A DNA stretch of 63,517 nt, filler included, from Folioceros fuciformis (taxonomy: Eukaryota), in NCBI GenBank assembly GCA_049999805.1. It is 21 parts of 21 records of this genome, joined end to end, with 100 filler letters (N's around TTAATTAATTAA, not from the genome) between each part and the next. Parts side by side here need not be neighbours in the genome. Positions count along the whole stretch, not along the records: positions 28,381 to 37,846 come from JBNGIO010000358.1; positions 37,947 to 40,006 come from JBNGIO010000359.1; positions 40,107 to 41,291 come from JBNGIO010000360.1; positions 41,392 to 43,071 come from JBNGIO010000361.1; positions 43,172 to 51,667 come from JBNGIO010000362.1; 16 more parts are not named here. One strand, given 5' to 3'. Position 1 is the first letter of the stretch. Each line of letters begins with the position of its first letter. Below the pieces are notes generated by a model, which saw only the letters and a list, made by a program, of their open reading frames with translations, searched no databases and was not told where the DNA came from. Position numbers and translations under genes: made by a program. Positions 35,251 through 47,000 of this stretch are shown here, piece after piece.

Positions 35251-36800
35251 AGTTTCTAAACCTCTTTTGGCGCCACATCCTTTGTTGGTGAATAACGCGT
35301 GAGTGCTAGATGGGGTTGCCCTGTGATTCATGGGCCTGCTGGATTCTTCCTCTAGGAGAACCGCAACTACCTCAGTGAATGTGTAAGTAGATGGCTGTCC
35401 TACTGCAGTTGCCTGGATTGCCGCTCGAATTGCCGAGTTTTGTGCACTAATGAATGTTCTGTATATGGAAGGCAAGGAAGTTAGGAGAGGGATTAGAAGA
35501 TAACGGTACCTCTTGAGGCTAGCTTTGCCCTGAAGGATTGGAACACATTCACATGTTGTTCCACCGTATCCGACTCATTCATTCTCAGGGAGTAGAATTG
35601 CCTAGTCGCATTAATGAGGGACATGCTGCTTTGGGCTTGGAACATGCCTTTAAAGGTCTTCCAGACTGCGTGGGAGGAAGTTTGGCCACTAGTGTGTTGA
35701 AGCATGCTTTTGTCAATAGCACAGATGAGGATGCTTATGGCACGTTTGTCCTTCTTAGACCAAGCTGCGATCTGGTTAGCAGTTGCAGGTGAGGTAGATG
35801 TGGTAGTCGGTGAGGGGATTGTACCATCAACGATACCCATGAGGTTGTGTTCTTCTAGCAGCGCAGTGATGCACATCTGCCAGATTTCGTAATCGCTTCC
35901 CGTGAAGCGATCTCTATCTCGAAACTCTACTTTGGTTGTATTGACGATGCTGGTGGCCATTGCTATGCGATTTACAAGACGGGTGAGTCTTTTAGCAAGC
36001 AAGTTTGTAGTATGCTGACCTAGTGGATTGAAGCGAGGCATACACTTGTTCAGAGTGCTTCTGATTCATTATGGGTGTGTAGAGGTAGATTGGAGATGGC
36101 AACGAGAAGTGCCTCCATTTGTGACTTGATCAGTACTAGCTAGCTCTTAAGGTAATCCTCGGAGGAGATTTCTGGATTGCGAAGCACTTGGGAAGTTGTG
36201 CTGCTACGGCGTGCAGGTAGGACTGTCACTCTGTGAATTCTTGAGAAATTTCTTGCTTCAAGAAGGTGGTCAGGTTGAGTGACAAAGGTGTCCCCATGGC
36301 AGGCGCAAAATCGCTCTAGTGGTGGCATTGCTAATCGTGCGCAGCAAGACTGTGTAAAAGCATTCCTACTCAGGGAATTCCTGCTCGGGGCATAGCTTGC
36401 AGGGGTGCGGCGCCGAGGCATCGTAGATGGCTTAGGAATGTTGAAGGTTGCCTTTGTTGCTCCGGGTGTGCGCCATGTCGAGTGGCTAAGGAGAGCTAAG
36501 GAGAAACGCGAGGCGCGTGCACGAAGCTAGACGGGGCATGACTCCTTCGCTCTGATACCATAAAAATGAGCCAAAGCTTTTGAGAAAAGGATAATCTACA
36601 TTGATAATGAAGGGGTATTTATACAATGGATTATTGCAGTTATAACTGCCGGTTCTTAATAACTAACTCTAAGTCTAACTGCCGAGGTAAAACTTGGATA
36701 ACTGCTATTTATTGAATTTAAGTATTAAATTAATTATCCACACATGTAAACTATGCCCTTAAGTGCTGCTTCCAGTGTAGTCGGCGCATATGTCACAACA
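35251..36800 (-). mobile_element. Ty1/copia element C 5' end: LTR (36561-36800), PBS (36549-36560), upstream ORF remnant, gag
   Basis: Perfect PBS TGGTATCAGAGC; gag KVEFRDRDRFTGSDYEIWQ, related to the gag of elements A and B. Confidence 0.9.
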
Positions 36801-37609
36801 CGGAACTCCCCTCAAAATAATCAAACGATAGGGACTTGGTAGTTTTTGTTTGTTTTGAGCAATAGAGTGACTGAATAGAGTCCGAGTGGTCTCTTTTATA
36901 ACCAAGAGTCTCCTTGGCCCATAATAGTTTCACTCCTCGGTATGATTTTGGCTACTAATAACAGGTCCTTGGGCCGCCGAACCCAAAGTTCCTTGGACAT
37001 TGGCAGTAGTATCCTTGAGTTGTTTTTTTGCAATAATTCGTCCTTGGCCCATGGGTTTGAGGTAGGCCGGGCTAGGAGTTCCTTGGCTCTTGGTGGTTTG
37101 GAATAACTAGGAGCCTCTATATAAGGAGGAGAGGGGGGGGCATTCCACCACGGTCGCTCATTCAGGTTGGATGGTGGTTGGCACCCCTGTGTTGGCTAAG
37201 TAAGGAGGGTGCCGATTCGGTCAAGGCGGAGTCAACAACCCTAGAGGTAGACATGAGATGAGAGGTGTGAGCTCTCGATCTTTGGGGACCGGGGTGGTCG
37301 ATGGAGGCGGTTGTTGTGGAGACAGTGATGAAGGTTAGGAAAAGGCGAAATGAAGCGGGAGCGCGCTCGGAGACTGAGCTTGCATTTGTTCTTGGGAAAT
37401 AAACAGAGGCAAGGGCGGAGGGTAAAATTGTTGACGTGCAGGGCGAGAGTTGGTGATTGCCGAAGAAGGTGGTGACGGATGGCAGCCCCTGACGTTGAGA
37501 CGGGACTGGAGTCGGAGGGAAGCGCTCGACGCTCGTCTCTTCACATTGCCAGATCCTCGGTCCGCGGGACCTCGGGAAGAGTGTGGCGGCCGTGGAATCG
37601 GACACGACT

Positions 37610-37846
37610 GCCATGGCCGGGGAGTTGGGATTTCCTGCCCGGGCCAGATCCGTGGACCAAGGTCTGGCTGCGTATGGCGTCGATCCCGATAAGGGGTTGA
37701 GTAGTGCTGTTGTGGAGCGGCGGAGGAAGCAGTACGGGTGGAACGAGTTGGAGAAGGACGGGGGGGGAAGCCTATGTGGAAGCTGGTGCTGGAGCAGTTT
37801 GATGACACGCTTGTTAAGATTTTGCTTGCAGCCGCTGTGGTGTCCT
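37610..37846 (+). pseudogene. ECA: ECA-type (P2A) Ca2+-ATPase N-terminal fragment with apparent frameshift
   Basis: FPARARSV...GLSSAVVERRRKQYGWNELEK, then after the G8 run (37760-37767) KPMWKLVLEQFDDTLVKILLAAAVVS in another frame. Ends at the contig edge. Confidence 0.75.
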
Positions 37847-38357
37847 NNNNNNNNNNNNNNNNNNNNNNNNNNNNNNNNNNNNNNNNNNNNTTAATTAATT
37901 AANNNNNNNNNNNNNNNNNNNNNNNNNNNNNNNNNNNNNNNNNNNNTGGTAAGGTCCGAGCACTGGACGTGTGTGTGTGGGTCAGTCGAGCTTTAGGTGT
38001 TAATTGACTTTAGAAGCTAACCTGTGTAGTTTAACTTAAATCATTCCCTTGGGATCGAATCCCAGAGCTACAACAACATAGAGGGCTTGTGTGGACCTCG
38101 CGGTACCCCCGGGTACCATATTTTAACCCCACATAGGGCGATTAGAATATCCTGGAGCTTCATCCACCTATCTGCAAGATTGCTTGCATCTGCACGCCAC
38201 ACGCAGGTCTTGGGTCCTTGTGTGACTGTAACAGAACTGATACCCTCCCTGTCCATGTATTGCAGCTCCTGAAGTGTCATAGGAGTGGAGAGGCGTAATA
38301 CAGATCATCAATGAACACCAAGGTACCAAGATCTCACCCATAAGCTGATCATCATGG

Positions 38358-40006
38358 CTATGTTGCGGCCTTAAAATATTGTTGATAATTAAATAGGCCG
38401 AGACCTTCCATATGCTTGAAGTACTTGTCTTTCGGCAAAGGTTTGGTTAGGATGTCCGCTGTGTTATCATCTGTGGGCACATAGAGAATTTTAACCACCC
38501 CCCTCTCAGCGGCATCTCTAACGTAATGATGGTGGACTTCGATGTGTTTAGTGCAGGCGTAGAAATGAGGATTCGCTACCAAGGCTATCGTAGACTGATT
38601 ATCACACCAGAGGTGAGTAGGGCCCGTTTGTGATTCCCCAATATCTCGTAAGAAAGCACGCTCCCACTCAACCTCTTTCGTGGCATTTGTTAAAGACTTG
38701 TATTCGGCCTCAGTGCTAGAGAGGGCAATACTCGTCTGTTTTTTACAGCTCTAGTTGACAGCAGCCTGAGAAAGCAGAAAAACATATGTGGAAAGGCTTT
38801 TTCGGGAGTCACTATTAGAGGCCAAATCCGCGTCTGTGAACCCCTTCAGAGATAAGTTCCCTGTTCCACTCCTTCTATAACAGAGTCCAATGTGATGAGT
38901 GCCTTTCAAGTAACGAAATATTCGTTTGACAGCAGTCCAGTGAGCACGCCCAGGGTTTTCTAGAAATTGAGAAACAATACTAACTGAGTGCTGTATATCA
39001 GGACGGGTCCAGTTGCTGACAAAAATCAAGCTGCCGATAGCGTGTCGGTAAGGAACATCTTGCAAATCCTTTTGATCAGCTTCTATAAGAGCACACTCAT
39101 ATCTAGTGAGCTTGGCACCTACTACACCTGGAGTGGTAGCTGGGTGTGCAGAGCTCGTGTGGAACTTGTGAAGAATTTCAGCTATATATTTATGCTGGTG
39201 AATAATAAGAAGGCCTTCAGAGCGAATGCGAAGTACTTGAATTCCTAGACAGAAAAGTAGATCCCCACTATCTGTTATTTCGAAGGTTTGCCTTAACATA
39301 TTTTTGACTGTGACCAGCATAGAGGTGTCATTAGCAACAAGGATTACATCGTCGACATACAGTGCAAGAATCACGTAAGTATTTCCCTCCTGCAGGATAT
39401 AGACATTAGAGTCCGCTGCACACTGCCGAAACCCTAGGGCCTTTAGAGCTTTATCACAACGTTTGTACCAGCGTTCTGCACTTTGCTTCAAACCATATAT
39501 GCATTTAATAAGCTGACATACATATTCTGGATGTGCAGGGTCCTCATAACCCTCCGGCTGTTCCATGTACAACTCCTCTTCTAAAATGCCATGCAAGAAA
39601 GCTGTGCAGACGTCCATCTGCTGCAGCTGTAGGTCATACTCTGCAGCTAAGGCGAAAATGAGATGGAGTGACTGGGCAAGTACTACAGGAGAAAATGTCT
39701 CCTGATAATCAAGTCCTACCACTTGTGTGAAGTCTCTAGCACAGAGTCGTGCTTTGTATCTTGCAATTTTCCCTTCAACATTGAGTTTATGTTTAAAACC
39801 CATTTGCACGTGATTGGTTTACGGTTTGGAGGTCTGGGATCTAATTTCCATGTGCCATTTTTGATCAAGCTGTTGTATTCATCATCCACAGCGATTTTCC
39901 ATTTATCTTTATTAGGTCCTGTAAAAGCTTCTGTAAGGCTGGTAGGCTCAAGAGGAACATGTGGAGGAACTACAACAGCTCCTGCTGTATGGCGGAAGTC
40001 TATAGA
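38358..40006 (-). mobile_element. Ty1/copia RT-RNase H fragment (family of 25734-26882)
   Basis: RYKARL, QMDVCTAFLHG, LYVDD, SNWTRPDI, ADILTK. Confidence 0.95.
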
Positions 40007-40193
40007 NNNNNNNNNNNNNNNNNNNNNNNNNNNNNNNNNNNNNNNNNNNNTTAATTAATTAANNNNNNNNNNNNNNNNNNNNNNNNNNNNNNNNNNNNNN
40101 NNNNNNAGGTGTGAGGGTAACTATCAAAATCTACATTACATTCCGACTGTTTTCTAACTAGCCTTTTAATTGATTTGCATCGATTTTTGAATC

Positions 40194-41291
40194 ATGACGT
40201 CCTCAGAAAACGTCATGTTCAATATCGAGAACTTAGATGGTACTAACTTCCCATTCTGGAAAGAACAAGTGTATAATATTCTAGTGTAGAAGAAACAAAT
40301 CAAGCCGATAAAGTTGCTAGGAGTGAAACCTGTTAGCATGACTTAGGATGAGTGGCAGGATCTAGATGAGCTTGCTAGGTCTAGGTCTACTTCAATGTGA
40401 AAGACAAGACCAGAAGCTACGAGCTATGGCAGAAGTTGTGTGACCTGTACGAGAAGCAAAGTGCGGCTTCTCAGGTGTACTGGTTGAAACAGCTGGTGGA
40501 CTTGAAGATGAAGGAAGGGATGAGGATGTCCGATCATCTGAACGAGTTCAATACCATTTTCAACCAGCTCTCATCTCAAGGTATCTCGTTCCCAGATTCC
40601 GTGAGAGCTATGTTTCTGTTGGTCACATTACCAGAGAGCTGGGACACCTTTCGTACAGCTCTAAGTAATTCCGCTCATGCCAGTGGTCATACCATTGTAA
40701 ATGTAGAAGGTTTTCTGTTAATAGAGGAGGTGAACAGGAAGAATATGGAACCTTCCAAAGGTTCCAATGCCCTCATGGTGAGAGGAAGGTCCACTTCAAA
40801 GGGGAAGTACAAGGAGCAAAGTCGTTCCCGTAGTAAGTCTCGTAGTCGTAACAATGTTAAGTGTTACCATTGTCACAAGAAGGGTCACATCAGAAAGGAC
40901 TGCGAGAAGTTCAAGAAGGACAAAGAAAAGGAAAAGAAGCAGAGTGACAACAAGGCGAGCTCAAGTACCAAGCCTAACGAGGTGAATTTTGTTGACGATG
41001 GAGATGTTCTTATCTCTTCTTCCTTCGATTCTGCACAACTGACAGCCGTGGAGAGTCACTTATTCTCTAATTGGATAATTGAGTCTTGAGCATCCTTCTA
41101 TGTTACTCTCCATAGGGAGTGGTTTAGCACGTATGATGCTACTAGGAAAGGATGTCTTCGGCTTGGAAATAACTACACATGCGAGATTGCAGGCATTGGT
41201 GATGTACAGCTGAAGTTCGACAATGGATCTTCATTCGTACTGAGGGATGTTAGGCATGTTCCGAAGTTGACCAAAAGCATGATTAGCGCAG
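40194..41291 (+). mobile_element. Ty1/copia (Tnt1-like) gag-protease fragment
   Basis: IENLDGTNFPFWK, TLPESWD, CYHCHKKGHIRKDC, WIIES. Same family as 62098-62670. Confidence 0.9.
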
Positions 41292-43171
41292 NNNNNNNNN
41301 NNNNNNNNNNNNNNNNNNNNNNNNNNNNNNNNNNNTTAATTAATTAANNNNNNNNNNNNNNNNNNNNNNNNNNNNNNNNNNNNNNNNNNNNCACCCCAGG
41401 GTCAGTCTTCCATGGCCGAGGAACCATTTCGGCTGGAAGCTGATTCTGCTGAATAAGCTACCGTTTTCAGCCCAGGTTCCGACTACTGATCCCATTGCTT
41501 CTTACCTCCTCTGTATCTTTCCCACTACTCTACTTCTCCCCTGGAGGCTGGCTCAACCACCAAGGGTGAATAGTTGCAGGGGAAGACTTAGCGGGCGGCC
41601 ATCCAGCAAGGAAGAGGCGGCGTCCGCAGATCTTTGAAGATCAGACATCCTCCGAAGTCTCAGGATAGTCTAAGAGGTGGTAGATCCTTGTGGTGGTAGG
41701 GCCAGCTCATTGGTGGCAGGATGTGCTAGAAGTCTAAATAAGTGGCTTGTGACAGCCGGCTAGGCTAGTGGTCCTATTAAAATAATATTTATCAAGCTAG
41801 AGAGAGGTGAAGTCAGAGAGAGAGAGGCTCCTATAAGATCAGGTGAGCCTGTAGGAGGAGGTAGTCATTCACTTTGGGAGTCAGTCTGTCACTTCGTGAG
41901 CTCTTGGAGGTACTCTCTACATAAGCTCTTGCGGTCTGTCTCTGCTTGGTTTAGGACCTGCAGTGTGTTGCCGGCTGTGCAATGTCTGGTAGGATCGCAA
42001 GGTGTAATGACCAGGGTGAAGGGGCTTGCCCCTAGCTCTTGATTGTAAAGGATGTGTCTTTCTCTCGACCTGTCCACTCTTGTTCCCTGTTTGGACAAGT
42101 GCTGTAGGCCGGCCATGTTTCATGGCGTCTGGTAAGGTTGTGGGGAGGAGATATCCAAGAGGAGAGTGTGTTCCCTTCTTTCTTTTCTTTGGGGTTAGTA
42201 TAGTGACTCTTGCCGGGTAGGAGGAGTCAATAGGGAAGTGTAGAAGGTAATGGTGTCGTTGTTAGTTGCTGGTGTTGGTGCTGGAGTGAGAGAGCGAGTG
42301 AAGTGAGTGAGGGAAGTTGCAGATTTGAGAGGTTAGGGTCGTTGTAGTGACTGGAGTGAGTTTGTGGGCACCAATAGAGGTGCAGCTGACTGCTGGACAG
42401 TGAGGCTTGTCCTACGCCTGATTGGAGCTGGAGGGGAGCCTTTGAATCCATTACCAAGTCGATTGAGTCCGACCCTCCTTCCATAACAGCGAGGAACCTC
42501 ATCGCTCCTTCATGGGAACGGAACCCAATGTCTCAACAACAGTGGGATAAGTGTGGCCACTAAAGGTGGAACCCGTCAACAATTAGTGCCCGGGGTTTTG
42601 CCTCCACAACGGTAGACTTGAAGTTTTGTACTAGTCGACCAAGCAAATGACAGCAAACATCTTGACCAAGTCATTGAGCTTTGTGAAGCATCAACAACAC
42701 TACGCATGTATGGGCTTGAGAAGATTATTATAGATGATTAGTAATATTTAAAGGCTAGCCATGTCTAGCATTGAAACTTAAGCACCTAATACTCGCACAT
42801 TAAGTAGGAGTGTTCAGATATGTAGTGTTCTAAGCATCAGGGCACGCTTTGTGCCGATCATGGAACATCACTCAATTAAGCGATTACTTGTATACCACTA
42901 TTGCACCACAAGAGCAGCACTCTCTGTACATTCATTTAGATTAAATCCATATGCCTATGCACATCAATCAAAAGCATCCCCTCATGATTTCCTCCCCCTC
43001 GATTCCTCTTCCTTGTCCCTCTCCTTTCCACACCATGCTTAGGATCTTCACTCCCCTCCTCGATTTTTCCCNNNNNNNNNNNNNNNNNNNNNNNNNNNNN
43101 NNNNNNNNNNNNNNNTTAATTAATTAANNNNNNNNNNNNNNNNNNNNNNNNNNNNNNNNNNNNNNNNNNNN

Positions 43172-44020
43172 TTCAGCAATTGTGGGTAGGGCAGGGCTTT
43201 TACACCTTCTTCCTCGCATGTGTGAGGCTGACTAGCCCATGGCGCTCTGTATCCAACTCCAAACAGCTGCAACAATATTTAGAAATACATCATGAGGAAT
43301 TCCCAGCCTGCAAGCTTGTTCAACCTATACATGCAGAAATTCCTCCTTCAAAATGGCATGCTCTCTCATAGCTACAAGTGCCCACTTTCGCCTCTCATTT
43401 CTCATCCAAATTGGACCCTTATCGGGCTTGACATTCCTGTGTACCTTTGCAATTCTCCTTCTCACAATCTCCTGCCTTCGCAAAGTACTGGCTTCTCGCT
43501 CTATTCATTCATGCTCAAAGTATGTTTGCCCTTGAGCATATGCAGCATCCCACTCTGGCCTGAAGCCTCTCATGTCTCTCCTCATTGCTATGCCTAGAGA
43601 CTTCTGCTTCAGCTTCCACCTCATGTGGATTTAATACAGCATCATTACCGTCTTCTTCAAGAGCCATGTTCACACTTAGCACGTTACAGTGCTCACATAA
43701 CCATTCTCCTTTTGGAACATTGTCCAGTGCTGGTTTGAGACAAAACAAATGGTAACCACGATTACATCTGTCACATAACAACATGAACTCTTCGTCAGTT
43801 GTGTGCCCACACTCCTCACAGGGTAATATGTTGGTGGCATCCAGGCCGGAGGCACAGTTTGTGTGTCCAAGTTAGGCAAATGGCATGGATCCAAGTGCTT
43901 CATGTGCTCCTTGCACCTTTTGCCATCTCTTTCTTCAAGTTCAACCACACCCTACTTACCAACATGCACAACTCTCAAGATAAGCCTCCTTGTGCTGACA
44001 TCCAGCATGCTTGCAGGCCT
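43172..44020 (-). mobile_element. Ty3/gypsy integrase C-terminal region with PHD finger
   Basis: CEECG...MLLCDRCNRGYHLFCLKPAL..VPKGEWLCEHC follows VELEERDGK...PCHLPNLD. Continues the gypsy at 49887-51667. Confidence 0.75.
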
Positions 44021-47000
44021 TGTTAGAGTAGGTTAAGTACATTAAGTTACTAACAGGATTAGGGCTAGACAGTTGGAAACCCTAACCGTCACTAGGTCTT
44101 GGTCATGTGACTAAGAATAATGTACATCCTTTTCTTCTTTCTTACGCCAATACACACGTTTGATCCTTCTCATGGTATTAGAGCTCTAGTGATCTGCGAC
44201 ATGCGCCATTTATCTGGCGCATGATTATGGTATCCTTGGCATCGCCGAATGGGCCGGCGATGCCAATGCGGATCCTTTGCCATCATTCCGGTTTTCTGGA
44301 ATTTTGCACAAATTATTTGACGCCTCTTGGCTTTGCTACTTTCTATCTAATTTAGCGCTCTATTTCCTAAAAATTATGGACGGTTGCTTTGGTGCAGCAG
44401 TCCTATGTGTGTAGATGCCTTAAGGCACCTTGCCTACAAGAATGCACATACACATGTTTGTCAACATCTTAAGATGCCCGGCCTTAGAAAACAGCAATGA
44501 CTAGCAAGAAGGGCACAATGTCAGCACACGCTCACCGAGTGGTTGGCAGCCAGGGTCAGAGATTATACGCTTATCTTGGGAGACACGCGGTGGCAACAAA
44601 TTTGGGTGCGTATGTATAACATCTTGGAACTAATGGCTACCTCTGTCTATCCTAGCCTCGACGGATATGACTAGAGCCACCAAGATGTTGCCCCCAAGAA
44701 TTGCATTTATCTCTATCCTCTATCTTTCTACAATTATATGTATGTGTACCCCTTATATGTATGTTGCACAACAACATATGTGACGTATTTTCAGCGAATC
44801 AGTAAAACTGTCAGCAACTTTAATTGATCAATATGCAAAGCACTTTCCCTATTACATATGCTTAGAATTAAACACATCAGAATTAGAAATAGTGACGATT
44901 ACCTTACAACTATGTAGGGAACCAAGTTAGCAATCCTCCCTGAAAGCTAACTATGTCTCAATAATGCTATAAATTTGTAGCAGTTCCTACCATGACCCAG
45001 CAGCAAATGAACAATCCGTCTTTGCATTTTAATTCAACCATACCTAAAGAAGACAAGTTTGATGGTACTAATTTCCATGTCAGGAAATTTCGCATGATTG
45101 AATTGCTCAAGTCAAGAAAGCTCTGGGCTCATGTCCATAGCACAGGAAGTCCACCAGTCCCTACGCCAAAGCCACCTACAACTCAACCTGATGAGGTGGC
45201 AAAATGGGAGGAAAACGATCAGCTGGCCAGAACGTTGCTCCATTTCAACGTTAAAAGTACACACATCAATGTATTCCAAGGCACACAAGAACTTGCATCG
45301 AATTGGTGGAAACAAGTGTTAATGGTCTATGACTCTAGAGATTTGATGCTGCAAACCTATGTGCTTCACCAATTCACTAGCCTTAAGATGTCTGATAGAG
45401 AGCCAGTTGACAAACATGTGCGTGCTAGAATTTAGAAACTAGAGGGATAAGATGCTTTCTGCTAGTTTTGACTTGGAAGAGGAGTTCATGGCCGTCTTCT
45501 TTCTAACCATGCTCCCTGAATCATGGTCAAGTGTGGTCCACACCCTCCAGGATGTTCCTACACTCATAGTGAACAGAGTGATTGCTGCAATGCTTACCGA
45601 GGAGTCCAAGAGAAAGATTGCAAGCACATCTATTTCTAGCAGCCGCATAGACTAGGGGTTGTACATGAATCGACCTATCAGAGGTTGAGGGCAAGGCCGT
45701 CCTTTGCCAGAGGACGCGGAGGATGTGGAGGTCGAGGAGCATTTCAACCCTAACAGTTTGGTAGCACAAGGCCAAAGCCTCCATGAGGGTTATGTGGCAT
45801 GCAAAATCATACATAGGAAGTGTGTCCCAAGTGACTGTCAGGAGAGAGTGGCCCATCTTCAGGCCACTTAGCTGTGACAATGAGCAAATACAGCAAAGCA
45901 TTCCTTACCCAAGTTGTGAAGTCTCCAACAACGTTTTCTGATGACATTAAATTACAGCACTCTTGTGATGTGGACTCATGCTATGCTAACCAGCCAGCAC
46001 ATGCCTGGTACATCAACAGTGGTGCTTCCCAGCACATGAATCCTCACTTGGCCTACTTCACAGAAATGAGGAGCTGTACACCAGCGGAGTACGTGTGCTT
46101 AGGAGACGATACCAAGCACCACATTGAAGGTCAGGGGACCACTAGACTCGACCTTATGCTGTCTCATTATGTGGAGATCCCTAATGTGTTGTATGTTACG
46201 GGACTTACTAAAAATTTGGTCTCGGTGAGGAAAATCGATGAGTCTGGATGCTTTATATGCTTTGGTGGAGGAAAATGTGTTGTAGAGTCAAGCGTAGGGA
46301 CTCTCCTTGCAACTGGACATCTGCAAAATGACGATCTATATCACCTCGATCTGCAGACAGCAAAGGCCAATGTTGTTCAGTCATCATCCAGGTTTGCAAA
46401 GCCATCTCAAACATATTTATGGCACCTCTGCCTTGGCCATACAAACTATCACAAGGTAGTACATATGTACAAACACAACATGGTGGACAGGCTCACCTTA
46501 GATAAGCTTGATGATGTTGGAGTTTGCAAGTCTTGTGTCCTGGGCAAGCCTGAAAGGACCCCCTTTCCTACAAACGCCTCTACTAGGGCCACAGAGGTAC
46601 TTGGATTAGTCCACAGCAATGTATGTGGGACTTTGCCTAAATCTCTTGGCAGGAAGGAATATTTTCTTACATTTATTGATGACTACACTCGATTTTGCAT
46701 AGTCTACTTCCTCCGCCACAAGTCTAATACATGTTCATACTTCCTGGAGTATAAAGCTTGGGCCGAATTACAAACTAGTGCCAACCTAAAGAAGCTTCGC
46801 ACCATCAATGGTGACGAGTTCCTCTCCGGAGAGTTCAACGCCTACTACACACAGCATAGCATTGTCAGACAGCTCACAAATGCATACACACCCCAGCAAA
46901 ATGGGGTAGCTGAACACAAGAATGATGACCCGGAGACGTCAGCTTCGAGCATGCTTCAATATACAGCCCTGCCTAGCAGCTATTGGGTAGAGGCCGTGGC

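Noticed and set aside
31030-36570. Apparent non-canonical LTR ends (TA rather than CA before the PBS) in elements A, B and C
   Set aside because: No paired LTRs to fix the boundaries. Deamination or a short spacer explains it equally well.
41392-43071. Decayed coding-like minus-strand sequence
   Set aside because: No motif I can identify; probably a TE remnant.
43172-43500. Possible DNA methyltransferase after the PHD finger
   Set aside because: Manual translation showed no PCQ or ENV motifs.
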